Notes: generated by a model not told the origin, from the letters alone. 24,000 nt of DNA from Burkholderiaceae bacterium (GCA_046091865.1 JBJTCL010000057.1:1-24000), one strand, 5' to 3'; positions 8,338 through 17,453 are shown, counted from the first letter of the stretch. Translations and numbers: made by a program.

Positions 8338-9447
8338 ATGGCCACCGCATCCGCTCCCCGATTCCATCCGCTGACCGTTGCCCGGGTCGAGTCCGAAGCC
8401 GCTGGCGCAGTGGCCATCGGCCTGCGCGTGCCGCCTGAGCTGCGCGAGCGCTTTGCGTTCGAGCCGGGGCAGTTCCTCACGCTGCGCGCACACATCAACG
8501 GCCAGGACGTGCGACGCAACTACTCCATCAGCAGCCCGCGCAGCCTGCTGGCGCAGCGCGGCGAGCTGGAGGTGGGCATCCGCCCGGTGGAAGGCGGCGT
8601 GTTCTCCAACTGGGCGGCCACCCAGATCCAGCCCGGCCAGCAGCTGGAAGTGATGCCGCCCGACGGCCGCTTTGTCGTCAAGAAGGCGCGCGCCATTCAC
8701 CGCGTGGGTTTTGCGGCGGGCTCGGGCATCACGCCCATCCTGTCGATCATGGCCAGCACGCTGGAGGAGCAGCCCGAGTCGAAGTTCACCCTGGTGTACG
8801 GCAACCGCCGCATGTCCAGCGTGATGTTCAACGAGGCGCTGCAAGACCTGAAGGACCGCTACCTGAACCGCCTGACGCTGGTGCACATCCTGTCGCGCCA
8901 GGCGCAAGAGGTGCCGCTGCTTGAAGGCCGGCTGGATGCCGACAAGGTCAAGGCGATCGTGGCCGAGCTGCTGCCGGCCGCCAGCATGGACGAGGTGTTC
9001 ATCTGCGGCCCCGAGGCGATGATTGAGGCCACCGAGACCGCCTTGCGCGAAGTGGGCGTGCGCGCCGACCGCATCTACAGCGAGCGCTTCACCTCGCCCA
9101 CGCTCGAGCAGATGCCGGCCGAGCAGCGCAAGAGCGTGCTGCTGGGCAAGCCCACCACCGACGCCGGCTCGGTGCAGCTCACCGTCATCATCGACGGCAA
9201 GCCGCACGAGATGCCGATGGCGCCCGAACAGCATGTGCTGGACGTAGCCCTGAACGCCGGGCTCGACCTGCCCTATTCGTGCAAGGCCGGCGTGTGCTGC
9301 ACCTGCCGCGCCAAGGTGCTGGAAGGCCAGCTGCACATGGACCGCAACTTCACGCTCGAGCCGCAAGAAGTGGCGCAGGGCTTCGTGCTCACCTGTCAGG
9401 CGCGGCCGCTGACGGCCAAGGTCACGCTGAGCTACGACGAGCGCTGA
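8338..9447 (+). CDS. paaE: 1,2-phenylacetyl-CoA epoxidase reductase subunit PaaE (FNR-like plus plant-type 2Fe-2S)
   Basis: 369 aa. Motifs present are the FAD-binding RNYSIS, the NAD-binding GFAAGSGITP, and a C-terminal ferredoxin motif CKAGVCCTCRAKV ... LTCQA. Confidence 0.9.
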   Translation: MATASAPRFHPLTVARVESEAAGAVAIGLRVPPELRERFAFEPGQFLTLRAHINGQDVRRNYSISSPRSLLAQRGELEVGIRPVEGGVFSNWAATQIQPGQQLEVMPPDGRFVVKKARAIHRVGFAAGSGITPILSIMASTLEEQPESKFTLVYGNRRMSSVMFNEALQDLKDRYLNRLTLVHILSRQAQEVPLLEGRLDADKVKAIVAELLPAASMDEVFICGPEAMIEATETALREVGVRADRIYSERFTSPTLEQMPAEQRKSVLLGKPTTDAGSVQLTVIIDGKPHEMPMAPEQHVLDVALNAGLDLPYSCKAGVCCTCRAKVLEGQLHMDRNFTLEPQEVAQGFVLTCQARPLTAKVTLSYDER

Positions 9448-9453
9448 CGCTGC

Positions 9454-9475
9454 GCCGGCCCGACAAAAGGCCGGC
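9454..9475 (+). terminator. weak candidate terminator hairpin after paaE
   Basis: GCCGGCC (9454-9460) pairs with GGCCGGC (9469-9475) around an 8-nt loop. No T-run follows, so this is only a candidate. Confidence 0.25.
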
Positions 9476-9532
9476 ACTTCGGCCCGCATTTCGTCACGCG
9501 CCACTCACTGCTTTGGCGTAAGGTAGCGGCGC

Positions 9533-10408
9533 ATGTCGCGCCCGCCCTCGCCTGCCACCACACCGAGCCGCACCGCCCCGGATGCCGGCCGCCGCGCCTT
9601 TGGCGATGCCCGCAGGCGTTGGCTGCGGCTGGGCTTGGCAGGGCCCGCTGCGGTCGCAGCCACCGCAGCCGCCACCTTGCCGGGTTGCGCGCTGTGGTTG
9701 CGCGATGACGACCAGGAAGACGAGCGCGAGCAGGCCCCACCGATCGCCGCGGATGACCTGAGCGATTCGGACTGGGCGCGTGCATCGGCACTCGTCGATG
9801 GCCCAGCGCGTTGGCTGCACCTGCGGTTTCGCGGCCGCAAGCCCACGCGCTACCAGCCCCGGTGGCACCAGGGCCGACCAGCCTTGCGCGCCGACAGCGA
9901 GCGCGGCAGCAGCGTGGTGCGCCAGCAGATGCAGCGCCCGCCCACGCAGCCTGCGCGTCTGGTGTTTTCGTGGTGGGTGGATGCGCTGCAGGCCGACTTT
10001 GATATCCGTGCACGCGACACCGACGACGCCGTGGCGCGCGTGATCGTGAGCTTTGATGCCGACCGCAGCCGCTTCACCGCGCGCGACGCCATGCTGTCCG
10101 AGCTGGCGCTGCTGGTCACCGGCCAGCCGCTGCCCGCCGCCACGATCGAATACGTGTGGGATGCGCATCTGCCCGCCGGCACGGTACTGGCCAGCAGCTA
10201 CAGCACGCGCGTGCGCTACATCGTGGCCGAGTCAGGCAGCGCCCGGCTGTCGCAGTGGGTGGACATCGAGCGTGACTTGCACGCCGACTTTGCGCGGGCC
10301 TTCAACGAGCCGCCTGCAGCCATCACCGGTGTGGGCGTGATGACCGACGCCAACGACACGCTCGGGCAAGTGCGGGCCTGGTATGGGCCGCTGCGGTGGG
10401 CGGTTTGA
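9533..10408 (+). CDS. hypothetical exported protein with a Tat-like signal and lipobox (possibly DUF3047-like)
   Basis: 291 aa. The N-terminus has ARRRWLRLGLAG, then an Ala-rich h-region, then LPGC (lipobox). I recognise no catalytic motifs. The DUF3047 assignment is from memory of family features (FRG.K.TRY ... LRADSE..SS) and is unverified. Confidence 0.5.
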   Translation: MSRPPSPATTPSRTAPDAGRRAFGDARRRWLRLGLAGPAAVAATAAATLPGCALWLRDDDQEDEREQAPPIAADDLSDSDWARASALVDGPARWLHLRFRGRKPTRYQPRWHQGRPALRADSERGSSVVRQQMQRPPTQPARLVFSWWVDALQADFDIRARDTDDAVARVIVSFDADRSRFTARDAMLSELALLVTGQPLPAATIEYVWDAHLPAGTVLASSYSTRVRYIVAESGSARLSQWVDIERDLHADFARAFNEPPAAITGVGVMTDANDTLGQVRAWYGPLRWAV

Positions 10409-10431
10409 GGCAGCAGGCGCGCCCCAACCAA

Positions 10432-11268
10432 CTACCGAACCCGCTCCGCCAGCGCCAGCGTCGCCTGCGCCTGGTTCATCGTGTAGAAGTGAATGCCCGG
10501 CACGCCGCCGTTCTTCAGCTGCTCGCACAGGTCGCCCACCACCTCCTGGCCGAAAGCCTTGATCGACGCAGTGTCGTCGCCGTAGGACTGCAGGCGCATC
10601 CGGATCCAGCGCGGGATCTCGGCGCCACAAGCGTCTGAGAAGCGCATGAGCTGCGTCGAGCTGGTGATGGGCATGATGCCCGGCACGATGGGCACGTCCA
10701 CGCCCAGCTTGTACAGGTCGTCGACGTAGCGGAAATACGCGTCCGAGTTGAAGAAGTACTGGGTGATGCCCGCATCGGCGCCGGCCTTCACCTTGGCGGC
10801 AAAGGCGTCCAGGTCGGACTGCGGTGACCGCGCCTGCGGGTGCGTCTCGGGGTAGGCCGCCACCTCGATGTGAAAGTGACCGCCCGTCTCGGCACGGATG
10901 AAGGCCACCAGATCGCTGGCGTAGCGGAACTCGCCACCCATGCCGTAGCCACTGGGCAAGTCACCCCGCAAGGCCACGATGCGCTTGACGCCCGCTGCAC
11001 GGTAGGCCTGCAGGCGCTCGCGGATGCTGTCGCGCGTCTGGCCGATGCAGCTCAGGTGCGGCGCCGCGGGGCAGCCTTCGGCCATGATGGCCTGCACCGT
11101 CTGCAGCGTGCCGTCCTGCGTGGAGCCACCCGCGCCAAAGGTGACCGAGCAGAACTCGGGCTTCAGCGCATACAACTGCTGGCGCACCGCGCGCAGCTTG
11201 TCGGCGCCTTCGGGCGTCTTGGACGGAAAGAATTCGAGGCTGATCGGAAGCGGTGTCGACGCATTCAT
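10432..11268 (-). CDS. metF: methylenetetrahydrofolate reductase
   Basis: 278 aa. SLEFFPSKTPEG ... CSVTFGAGGST ... PHLSCIG ... ALRGD ... GITQYFF matches bacterial MetF. Its start overlaps the upstream stop (ATGA). Confidence 0.92.
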   Translation of the reverse strand: MNASTPLPISLEFFPSKTPEGADKLRAVRQQLYALKPEFCSVTFGAGGSTQDGTLQTVQAIMAEGCPAAPHLSCIGQTRDSIRERLQAYRAAGVKRIVALRGDLPSGYGMGGEFRYASDLVAFIRAETGGHFHIEVAAYPETHPQARSPQSDLDAFAAKVKAGADAGITQYFFNSDAYFRYVDDLYKLGVDVPIVPGIMPITSSTQLMRFSDACGAEIPRWIRMRLQSYGDDTASIKAFGQEVVGDLCEQLKNGGVPGIHFYTMNQAQATLALAERVR

Positions 11269-12128
11269 GTCGTCGTGTCCTTGTCTGTCGACTTGTCGGT
11301 CAACTTGTCGGTGATCTTGTCGTCATGCCCTGCGGCCGCGGTACCGTATGCGCCCGCCCGCTCTGCAAGAACAAAAAATTCGCGGTTGCCGTCACCCCCG
11401 GTGATCGGACTGTCGATCCAGGCGCGCGCCTTCAGCGCCACTGCATCACAGGCCGTGCGGATGCGTGCCTCGACATCGGCGTACAGCGACGCATCGCGCA
11501 CGATGCCTCCCTTGCCCAGCTGTTGCGGCTGCAACTCGAACTGTGGCTTCACCAGCATCAGCAATTGCCCCTGCGCGGACAACAAAGGCGCGAGCGCCGG
11601 CAGCACCAGCGTGAGCGAGATGAACGACAGGTCGCCGACGATCAGGTCAAAGCCCTCGGCAGGGCAGGCGGCACCCAGCGCGGCGCGGCTGAGCTCGCGC
11701 GCGTTCACGCCTTCCAGTGCGATCACGCGCGCATCGTCGCGCAGGCGTTGCAGCAGCTGCCCGTGGCCCACATCCACGCCCACCACGCGCGCTGCGCCGC
11801 GCGACAACAACACGTCGGTGAAGCCGCCGGAGCTTTGGCCCACGTCCAGCGCCATCGCGCCGGCCACGCTGCGCAGTTCGTGCTTCAGCGCATCCAGCGC
11901 GCCCTCGAGCTTGAGCCCCGCGCGCGAGGCCCAGCGCAGCTCGGCGTTGTCGGTCACCTCGATAACGCAAGCGGCCGGCAGTTCGTCACCGGCCTTGCGT
12001 GGCGTGGACCACGCGTTGGCAGGCGACGCCGGCAGCCGCCAGCGCACCGCGCCGCGCTCGATCAGGCGCTGCGCAGCCGAGCGGCTGGGCGCCAGACCTT
12101 GCTGCACGATCAACTGGTCTGCGCGCAT
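11265..12128 (-). CDS. tlyA: TlyA family rRNA (cytidine-2'-O)-methyltransferase with an S4 domain
   Basis: 287 aa, collinear with M. tuberculosis TlyA: RADQLIVQQGLAPSRSAAQRLI (S4), WASRAGLKLEGAL, LDVGQSSGGFTDVLL (SAM-binding), DLSFISL, VKPQFE, GNREFF. It has an extra repeat-encoded C-terminal tail. Confidence 0.85.
   Translation of the reverse strand: MRADQLIVQQGLAPSRSAAQRLIERGAVRWRLPASPANAWSTPRKAGDELPAACVIEVTDNAELRWASRAGLKLEGALDALKHELRSVAGAMALDVGQSSGGFTDVLLSRGAARVVGVDVGHGQLLQRLRDDARVIALEGVNARELSRAALGAACPAEGFDLIVGDLSFISLTLVLPALAPLLSAQGQLLMLVKPQFELQPQQLGKGGIVRDASLYADVEARIRTACDAVALKARAWIDSPITGGDGNREFFVLAERAGAYGTAAAGHDDKITDKLTDKSTDKDTTT
11280..11327 (-). repeat. 4 tandem copies of a 12-bp unit (plus strand CTTGTCGGTNAN) encoding (I/L/S)TDK repeats at the TlyA C-terminus
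   Basis: Copies lie at 11280-11291, 11292-11303, 11304-11315 and 11316-11327. They translate to DDKITDKLTDKSTDKD. Confidence 0.8.
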
Positions 12129-12200
12129 GGACTGCGTGCTGCCGTTGCTCTGTCGTCCACCGGCGCCATGCCTGCAGGCGCACGCCAGCGCCGGGGCCGA

Positions 12201-13631
12201 TCAGTAGCGGTAGGTGTCGGCCTTGTACGGGCCTTCCTTCTTCACGCCGATGTAGGCGGCCTGCTCGTCGCTCAGTTCGGTCAGCATGGCGCCGACCTTC
12301 TTCAGGTGCAGGCGGGCCACCTTCTCGTCCAGGTGCTTGGGCAGCACGTACACCTTGCCGGCCTCGTAGTTCTGGCTCCTGGTGAAGAGCTCGATCTGCG
12401 CGATCGTCTGGTTGGCAAACGACGACGACATTACGAAGCTGGGGTGGCCGGTAGCGCAGCCCAGGTTCACCAGGCGGCCCTTGGCCAGCAGGGTGATCTT
12501 CTTGCCGTCAGGGAAGATGACGTGATCGACCTGCGGCTTGATCTCGTCCCACTTGAGCTTTTCGAGCGACGCCACATCGATCTCGTTGTCAAAGTGACCG
12601 ATGTTGCAGACGATGGCCTCGTCCTTCATGGCAGCCATGTGCTCATAGCGGATCACGTTCTTGTTGCCGGTGGCGGTGACGAAGATGTCGGCCTTGTCGG
12701 CGGCGTACTCCATCGTCACGACCTTGTAGCCTTCCATCGCGGCCTGCAGGGCGTTGATGGGGTCGATCTCGGTCACCCACACCTGGGCGCTGAGTGCGCG
12801 CAGCGCCTGGGCACTGCCCTTGCCCACGTCGCCGTAGCCGGCCACCACCGCCACCTTGCCGGCGATCATAACGTCGGTGGCGCGCTTGATGGCGTCCACC
12901 AGCGACTCGCGGCAGCCATACAGGTTGTCGAACTTGCTCTTGGTGACCGAATCGTTCACGTTGATGGCGCGGAACTGCAGCGTGCCCTTGGCGGACATCT
13001 CATTCAGGCGGTGCACACCGGTGGTGGTTTCCTCGGTCACGCCGATGATCTGCGCGGCCTTGCGGGTGTACCAGGTCGGGTCTTGCGCCAGCTTGGCCTT
13101 GATCGCGTTGAAGAGGCAGGTTTCTTCTTCGCTGGTGGGGTTGGCGATGACCGACGGGTCCTTCTCGGCCTTTTGACCCAGATGCATCAGCAGCGTGGCA
13201 TCGCCGCCGTCGTCCAGGATCATGTTGGGGCCTTCGTCGGCTGCACCGGCGGGGCCGAAGTCGAAGATGTGGTGGGTGTAGTCCCAGTACTCGGCCAGCG
13301 TTTCGCCCTTGATCGCAAACACCGGCGTGCCGTTGGCTGCAATGGCGGCGGCGGCGTGATCCTGCGTGCTGAAGATGTTGCACGAGGCCCAGCGCACCTT
13401 GGCGCCCAGGGCTTGCAGCGTCTCGATCAGCACCGCCGTCTGGATGGTCATGTGCAGCGAGCCGGTGATGCGCGCGCCCTTGAGGGGCTGGCTCTTGGCG
13501 AACTCGTCGCGGATGGCCATCAGGCCGGGCATTTCGGTCTCGGCGACCTTGATCTCTTTGCGGCCCCATTCGGCCAGGCCGATGTCGGCGATGACGCAGT
13601 CGGTGGCGACAGCAGGAAGGCGTGCGTTCAT
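12201..13631 (-). CDS. ahcY: adenosylhomocysteinase
   Basis: 476 aa from the internal ATG at 13631, with a GGAGAAAACC SD upstream. The match to AhcY is very strong ([14 protein letters not shown] ... MPGLM ... GYGDVGKG ... HFDNEID ... ADTYRY). The 61-codon upstream extension of the ORF covers the riboswitch and is not coding. Confidence 0.95.
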   Translation of the reverse strand: MNARLPAVATDCVIADIGLAEWGRKEIKVAETEMPGLMAIRDEFAKSQPLKGARITGSLHMTIQTAVLIETLQALGAKVRWASCNIFSTQDHAAAAIAANGTPVFAIKGETLAEYWDYTHHIFDFGPAGAADEGPNMILDDGGDATLLMHLGQKAEKDPSVIANPTSEEETCLFNAIKAKLAQDPTWYTRKAAQIIGVTEETTTGVHRLNEMSAKGTLQFRAINVNDSVTKSKFDNLYGCRESLVDAIKRATDVMIAGKVAVVAGYGDVGKGSAQALRALSAQVWVTEIDPINALQAAMEGYKVVTMEYAADKADIFVTATGNKNVIRYEHMAAMKDEAIVCNIGHFDNEIDVASLEKLKWDEIKPQVDHVIFPDGKKITLLAKGRLVNLGCATGHPSFVMSSSFANQTIAQIELFTRSQNYEAGKVYVLPKHLDEKVARLHLKKVGAMLTELSDEQAAYIGVKKEGPYKADTYRY

Positions 13632-13710
13632 GGTTTTCTCCAAACAATGTTGAATGAAACCACTGACAGGGGGAGGCCGATGACGGCGGAACTCACCACA
13701 CGGGACAGTG

Positions 13711-13846
13711 GGTGAGCGCCGTTGTGAAGACGCAAGCCCTGAATGCGGGGGCCAGCGTGGTCCGAGCCTCACTCGCGTCGTCGGTGGCACCGCGGGGGTG
13801 CGCCATGAAGGCAACCGGACTGGCGAGCTGCAACGCTCCTCGGAAG
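13711..13846 (-). promoter_or_regulatory. SAH (S-adenosylhomocysteine) riboswitch in the ahcY 5' leader
   Basis: The minus strand reads UUCCGAGGAGCGUUGCA-[GCUCGC ... GCGAGU hairpin]-GAGGCUCGGACC ... CACAACGGCGCUCACC. This reproduces the conserved SAH-riboswitch blocks (CCGAGGAGCG, AGGCUCGGA, CAACGGCGCUCAC) and their pairings (CCGAG/CUCGG, GAGCG/CGCUC). The location upstream of ahcY-metF is the classical context. Confidence 0.8.
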
Positions 13847-13851
13847 CCGCA

Positions 13852-13857
13852 ATTATA
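13852..13857 (-). promoter_or_regulatory. -10 element (TATAAT) of the ahcY operon promoter
   Basis: A minus-strand TATAAT lies a few nt upstream of the first conserved riboswitch nucleotides. No convincing -35 is present. Confidence 0.4.
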
Positions 13858-13934
13858 GGAAGCCTGCGCTGCGCGTGGTGGCCTATGGCGGCAAAGCCCC
13901 CAGGCCCCGGACGCCCCCGGGGATAATCCGGCGC

Positions 13935-15563
13935 ATGTCAACCCTGTCCGAGCAAGTGCGCCGCAGACGCACCTTCGCCATCATTTCGCACCCCGACGCG
14001 GGTAAAACCACCCTGACCGAGAAGCTGCTGCTGTTCTCGGGCGCGATCCAGATCGCCGGTGCCGTCAAGGGCCGCAAGGCCAGCCGCCACGCCACCTCCG
14101 ACTGGATGGAGATCGAGAAGCAGCGCGGCATCTCGGTGGCCTCATCCGTCATGCAGATGGAATACCGCGACTGCGTGATCAACCTGCTGGACACGCCGGG
14201 CCACCGCGACTTCTCAGAAGACACCTACCGCGTGCTGACCGCGGTGGACGCGGCGCTGATGGTGATCGACGCGGCCAACGGCGTGGAAGCGCAGACGCGG
14301 CGGCTGATCGAGGTGTGCCGACAGCGCAACACGCCCATCATCACCTTCGTCAACAAGATGGACCGCGAGGTGCGCGAGCCGCTGGACATCCTGGACGAGG
14401 TGGAGCGCGAACTGGGCATGCCCTGCGTGCCCATGACCTGGCCGGTGGGCAAGGGCAAGCTGTTCGGCGGCATCATGAACCTGCGCACGCAGGCCATGAC
14501 GGTGTTCGAAGCCGGCAGCGAACGCCGCCCGCAGGACTTCGAAGCCATTCCGCTGTCCGACACCGCCGCCCTGAAAGCACGCTTTGGCAGCGAATACGAC
14601 GCCGCGTACGACAGCATGGAACTGGCCGCCGGCGCCTCGCCCGAATGGGACCGTGCGGCCTTTCTGGACGCCAAGCAAACGCCGGTGTTCTTTGGCTCGG
14701 GCGTCAACAACTTCGGCGTGATGGAAGTGCTGGACGCGCTGGTGGACCTGGCACCGTCGCCGCGGCCGCGCACCAGTTCGCTGGTGGTCAACAAGCAGCC
14801 GGTGGAGAAAGTGATTGCGCCCGACGACACCACCTTCTCGGGAGTGGTGTTCAAGGTGCAGGCCAACATGGACGCCAACCACCGCGACCGCATCGCCTTT
14901 GTGCGCGTGGCTTCGGGCAAGTACAGCGCCGGCATGAAGCTGCGGGTGCAGCGCACCGCCAAGGAACTGCGGCCCACCAGCGTGGTCACTTTTTTGAGCC
15001 AGCGCCGCGAGGCGGTGAACGAGGCCTACGCTGGCGACATCATCGGCTTTACCACCCACGGCGGCGTGCAGCTGGGCGACACCATCACCGACGGCGCCAG
15101 CCTGCAGTACACCGGCCTACCCTTCTTTGCGCCCGAGCTGTTCACGACGGTGCTGCTGAAGAACCCGCTGCGCACCAAGCAGCTGCAGCAGGGCCTGGCG
15201 CAGCTCGGCGAAGAAGGCGCGATCCAGGTGTTCAAGCCCGAGGCCGGCGGCTCGATGCTGCTGGGCGCCGTGGGCCAACTGCAGTTCGAGGTGGTGCAGC
15301 ACCGCCTGAAAACCGAATACGACTGCGATGTGCGGCTGGAAGGCTGCCAGTACACCGGCGCGCGCTGGATCACCGCCGACACGCCGGCCGAGCTGCGCGA
15401 GTTCGAAAACGCCTACCCGCAGCGCATGGCGCGCGATGCCGCCGACACGCTGGCCTACCTGTGTACCAGCCCCTACGACGTGCGGCTGGCGCAGGAGCGC
15501 TTTCCCAAGATCCACTTCCACCCGCTGCGCGAGCATGCGGGGCTGGCGCTGGGCAAGGGTTGA
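13935..15563 (+). CDS. prfC: peptide chain release factor 3
   Basis: 542 aa from the ATG at 13935. [33 protein letters not shown] and NKMDRE are GTPase motifs matching PrfC. The upstream GTG extension is not conserved-looking. Confidence 0.93.
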   Translation: MSTLSEQVRRRRTFAIISHPDAGKTTLTEKLLLFSGAIQIAGAVKGRKASRHATSDWMEIEKQRGISVASSVMQMEYRDCVINLLDTPGHRDFSEDTYRVLTAVDAALMVIDAANGVEAQTRRLIEVCRQRNTPIITFVNKMDREVREPLDILDEVERELGMPCVPMTWPVGKGKLFGGIMNLRTQAMTVFEAGSERRPQDFEAIPLSDTAALKARFGSEYDAAYDSMELAAGASPEWDRAAFLDAKQTPVFFGSGVNNFGVMEVLDALVDLAPSPRPRTSSLVVNKQPVEKVIAPDDTTFSGVVFKVQANMDANHRDRIAFVRVASGKYSAGMKLRVQRTAKELRPTSVVTFLSQRREAVNEAYAGDIIGFTTHGGVQLGDTITDGASLQYTGLPFFAPELFTTVLLKNPLRTKQLQQGLAQLGEEGAIQVFKPEAGGSMLLGAVGQLQFEVVQHRLKTEYDCDVRLEGCQYTGARWITADTPAELREFENAYPQRMARDAADTLAYLCTSPYDVRLAQERFPKIHFHPLREHAGLALGKG

Positions 15564-15599
15564 AGTGCGCGCGCTCGGGTCCTTGCGGGTTGATTGACG

Positions 15600-16406
15600 A
15601 TGCAGCCGCTGGCCCGTTGGCCCCTTGACGACCGACAGCGCATCGTCGGGGTCTTTACCGACATCGACGACACGCTGACCAACGAGGGCGTCGTACCGCC
15701 GGCCACGGTGCAGGCGCTGGCCGACCTGCGCGCCGCGGGCCTGCATGTGGTGCCGATCACCGGGCGGCCGGTGGGCTGGAGCAAGCCCTTTGCGCGCACC
15801 TGGGCGGTGGATGCCATCGTGGCCGAGAACGGTGCGGTGGCGCTGAGCGCCGGTGCATCGGCGCTCGGTGGCCTGCACAAGCGCTACCAGCAGGACGCGG
15901 CCACGCGCGCGGCCAACTCTGCGCGCATGCAGCAGGTGGGCCAGCGCATCCTGCGCGAGCTGCCGGGCACGATGCTGTCGCGCGACCATGCGGGCCGCGA
16001 GACGGACATCGCCATCGACCACAGCGAGTTCACGCACCTACCGCAGGCCGGTATCGATGCGGTGGTGCGCATCATGCAGGCCGAAGGCATGACCGCCACC
16101 GTCAGCAGCATCCACATCAACGGCTGGTACGGCGACCACGACAAGTGGCATGGCGCGTGCTGGATCGTTCGCGAACTGTGGGGGCGCGATCTGGCAACCG
16201 AAGCCGACCGTTGGGTGTACGTGGGCGACTCCACCAACGACCAGGTGATGTTCGAGCGCTTCGCGCACAGCGTGGGCGTGGCCAACATCCGCCGCTTCGA
16301 AGCCCAGCTGCAGCACCGGCCGCGCTACATCACGCCAGGTGAGCGGGGCGAGGGCTTCAATGAGGTGGCGACAGCGCTCATCGCTGCCAAGCGCAGCGCG
16401 GCCTGA
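15600..16406 (+). CDS. HAD-IIB family hydrolase (Cof / sucrose-phosphatase-like)
   Basis: About 268 aa. Motif I is FTDIDDTLT, motif II is ITGRP and motif IV is GDSTNDQVMF. The start is ATG 15600 or TTG 15594. Confidence 0.8.
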   Translation: MQPLARWPLDDRQRIVGVFTDIDDTLTNEGVVPPATVQALADLRAAGLHVVPITGRPVGWSKPFARTWAVDAIVAENGAVALSAGASALGGLHKRYQQDAATRAANSARMQQVGQRILRELPGTMLSRDHAGRETDIAIDHSEFTHLPQAGIDAVVRIMQAEGMTATVSSIHINGWYGDHDKWHGACWIVRELWGRDLATEADRWVYVGDSTNDQVMFERFAHSVGVANIRRFEAQLQHRPRYITPGERGEGFNEVATALIAAKRSAA

Positions 16407-17453
16407 TCAGCTTGCCACGCGCAAGGCACGCAGCAGTTCCTCAGCCGACCAGTCGCGCCGACCGCCTTGCTCGGCCTGATGCACCAGCGCGGTGATCGCG
16501 CGGTTGCAGGGCGCGTCCTGCCCCTGCGCCCGGGCCAGCGCAGCCACCGCACCGTTGAATTCATCGACCTCGGTGCGGCGCCCGGCCTGCAGGTCTTCCC
16601 AGATGGATGAGCGCGCCTCGGGATCGATCTTCAGCATGCCGGCGGCGATGCGGGTGAACAACCAATCCGGCAGGCGCAGCACCAAGGGTATGCGCTGCGG
16701 CGGCAGCTTGCCGATTTGCGCGGGCGCGATGTCGGCCGCGCGCAGCGCTGGCAGCGCCTCGTCGATCAGGGTGGCCAGGATGCGTCGATAGCCGCGCTGC
16801 GCCAGTTGCGCCTTCAGCGGCACGCCCGACAGCGCGTTGATCGCGTTGTTCAGATTCAATAGCAGCTTGCCCCATTGCACCTCGCGCATGTCGGCGCGCT
16901 CCTGCAGCGGCAGATGCGCAGCGGCAAACGCCGCGTGCCATGGCGCCCAGCCCGCATCGGCCTGCACCATCAGCTCGCCCCAGGTGCCGCGGTGCAGGCG
17001 GCTGGGCGGCAACTGCACCACGTTGAAAGGCACCATGCCCGCGCACACGCGCTGCGACGGCAGCGCAGCGCGCAGGATGTCGGCGTTGCCGATGCCGTTT
17101 TGCAGGCTGCACACCAGGGCGCCAGGCTTCAGATGCCTTGCCAGCGTGTGCGCGGCGGTGGTGGTATCAGCGCTTTTGACGGCCACCAGCGCCAGGTCGG
17201 CCACGCGCAAGGCCTGTGCCACCGCCGCCTCGTCGTCGGCATCGACCCATGCAATCTGGTCTGCATGGAGCCGAGCCTCGCGGCCGTTGAGGTCGCTCAA
17301 GTGCAGCCCGTGCGCGGCGATGCGATCGTGCATGCGCTGGCGGCCGATCAGCGCAACTGGGGTGCCCGAAGCGATCAGCGCCCCACCCACATACGCGCCA
17401 ATGGAGCCGGCGCCCAGCACGACGATGCGGGGCACAGATGTGCGGTCCGTCAT
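16407..17453 (-). CDS. ketopantoate reductase (PanE/ApbA) family oxidoreductase, putative 2-dehydropantoate 2-reductase
   Basis: 348 aa with an N-terminal Rossmann motif (IVVLGAGSIGAYVGG) and ApbA-like organisation. It is longer than E. coli PanE, so the substrate is uncertain. Its start overlaps the YkgJ stop (ATGA). Confidence 0.78.
   Translation of the reverse strand: MTDRTSVPRIVVLGAGSIGAYVGGALIASGTPVALIGRQRMHDRIAAHGLHLSDLNGREARLHADQIAWVDADDEAAVAQALRVADLALVAVKSADTTTAAHTLARHLKPGALVCSLQNGIGNADILRAALPSQRVCAGMVPFNVVQLPPSRLHRGTWGELMVQADAGWAPWHAAFAAAHLPLQERADMREVQWGKLLLNLNNAINALSGVPLKAQLAQRGYRRILATLIDEALPALRAADIAPAQIGKLPPQRIPLVLRLPDWLFTRIAAGMLKIDPEARSSIWEDLQAGRRTEVDEFNGAVAALARAQGQDAPCNRAITALVHQAEQGGRRDWSAEELLRALRVAS

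Noticed and set aside
7293-9504. Two 408-aa minus-strand ORFs opposite paaC, paaD and paaE. The same applies to 4557-5447 and 5192-6112 opposite rlmJ/paaA, and 2348-3506 opposite the bactofilin pair.
   Set aside because: These are shadow ORFs of well-supported genes on the other strand. They have low-complexity, Arg-rich translations.
11253-13715. An 820-aa ORF on the plus strand (and the 455-aa ORF at 10840-12207) that could be taken for a large novel protein.
   Set aside because: It is antisense to the unmistakable ahcY, tlyA and metF genes. Its translation is dominated by Arg/Ala/Gly/His/Gln/Leu with no recognisable motif, as expected for shadow ORFs in GC-rich DNA where stop codons are rare.
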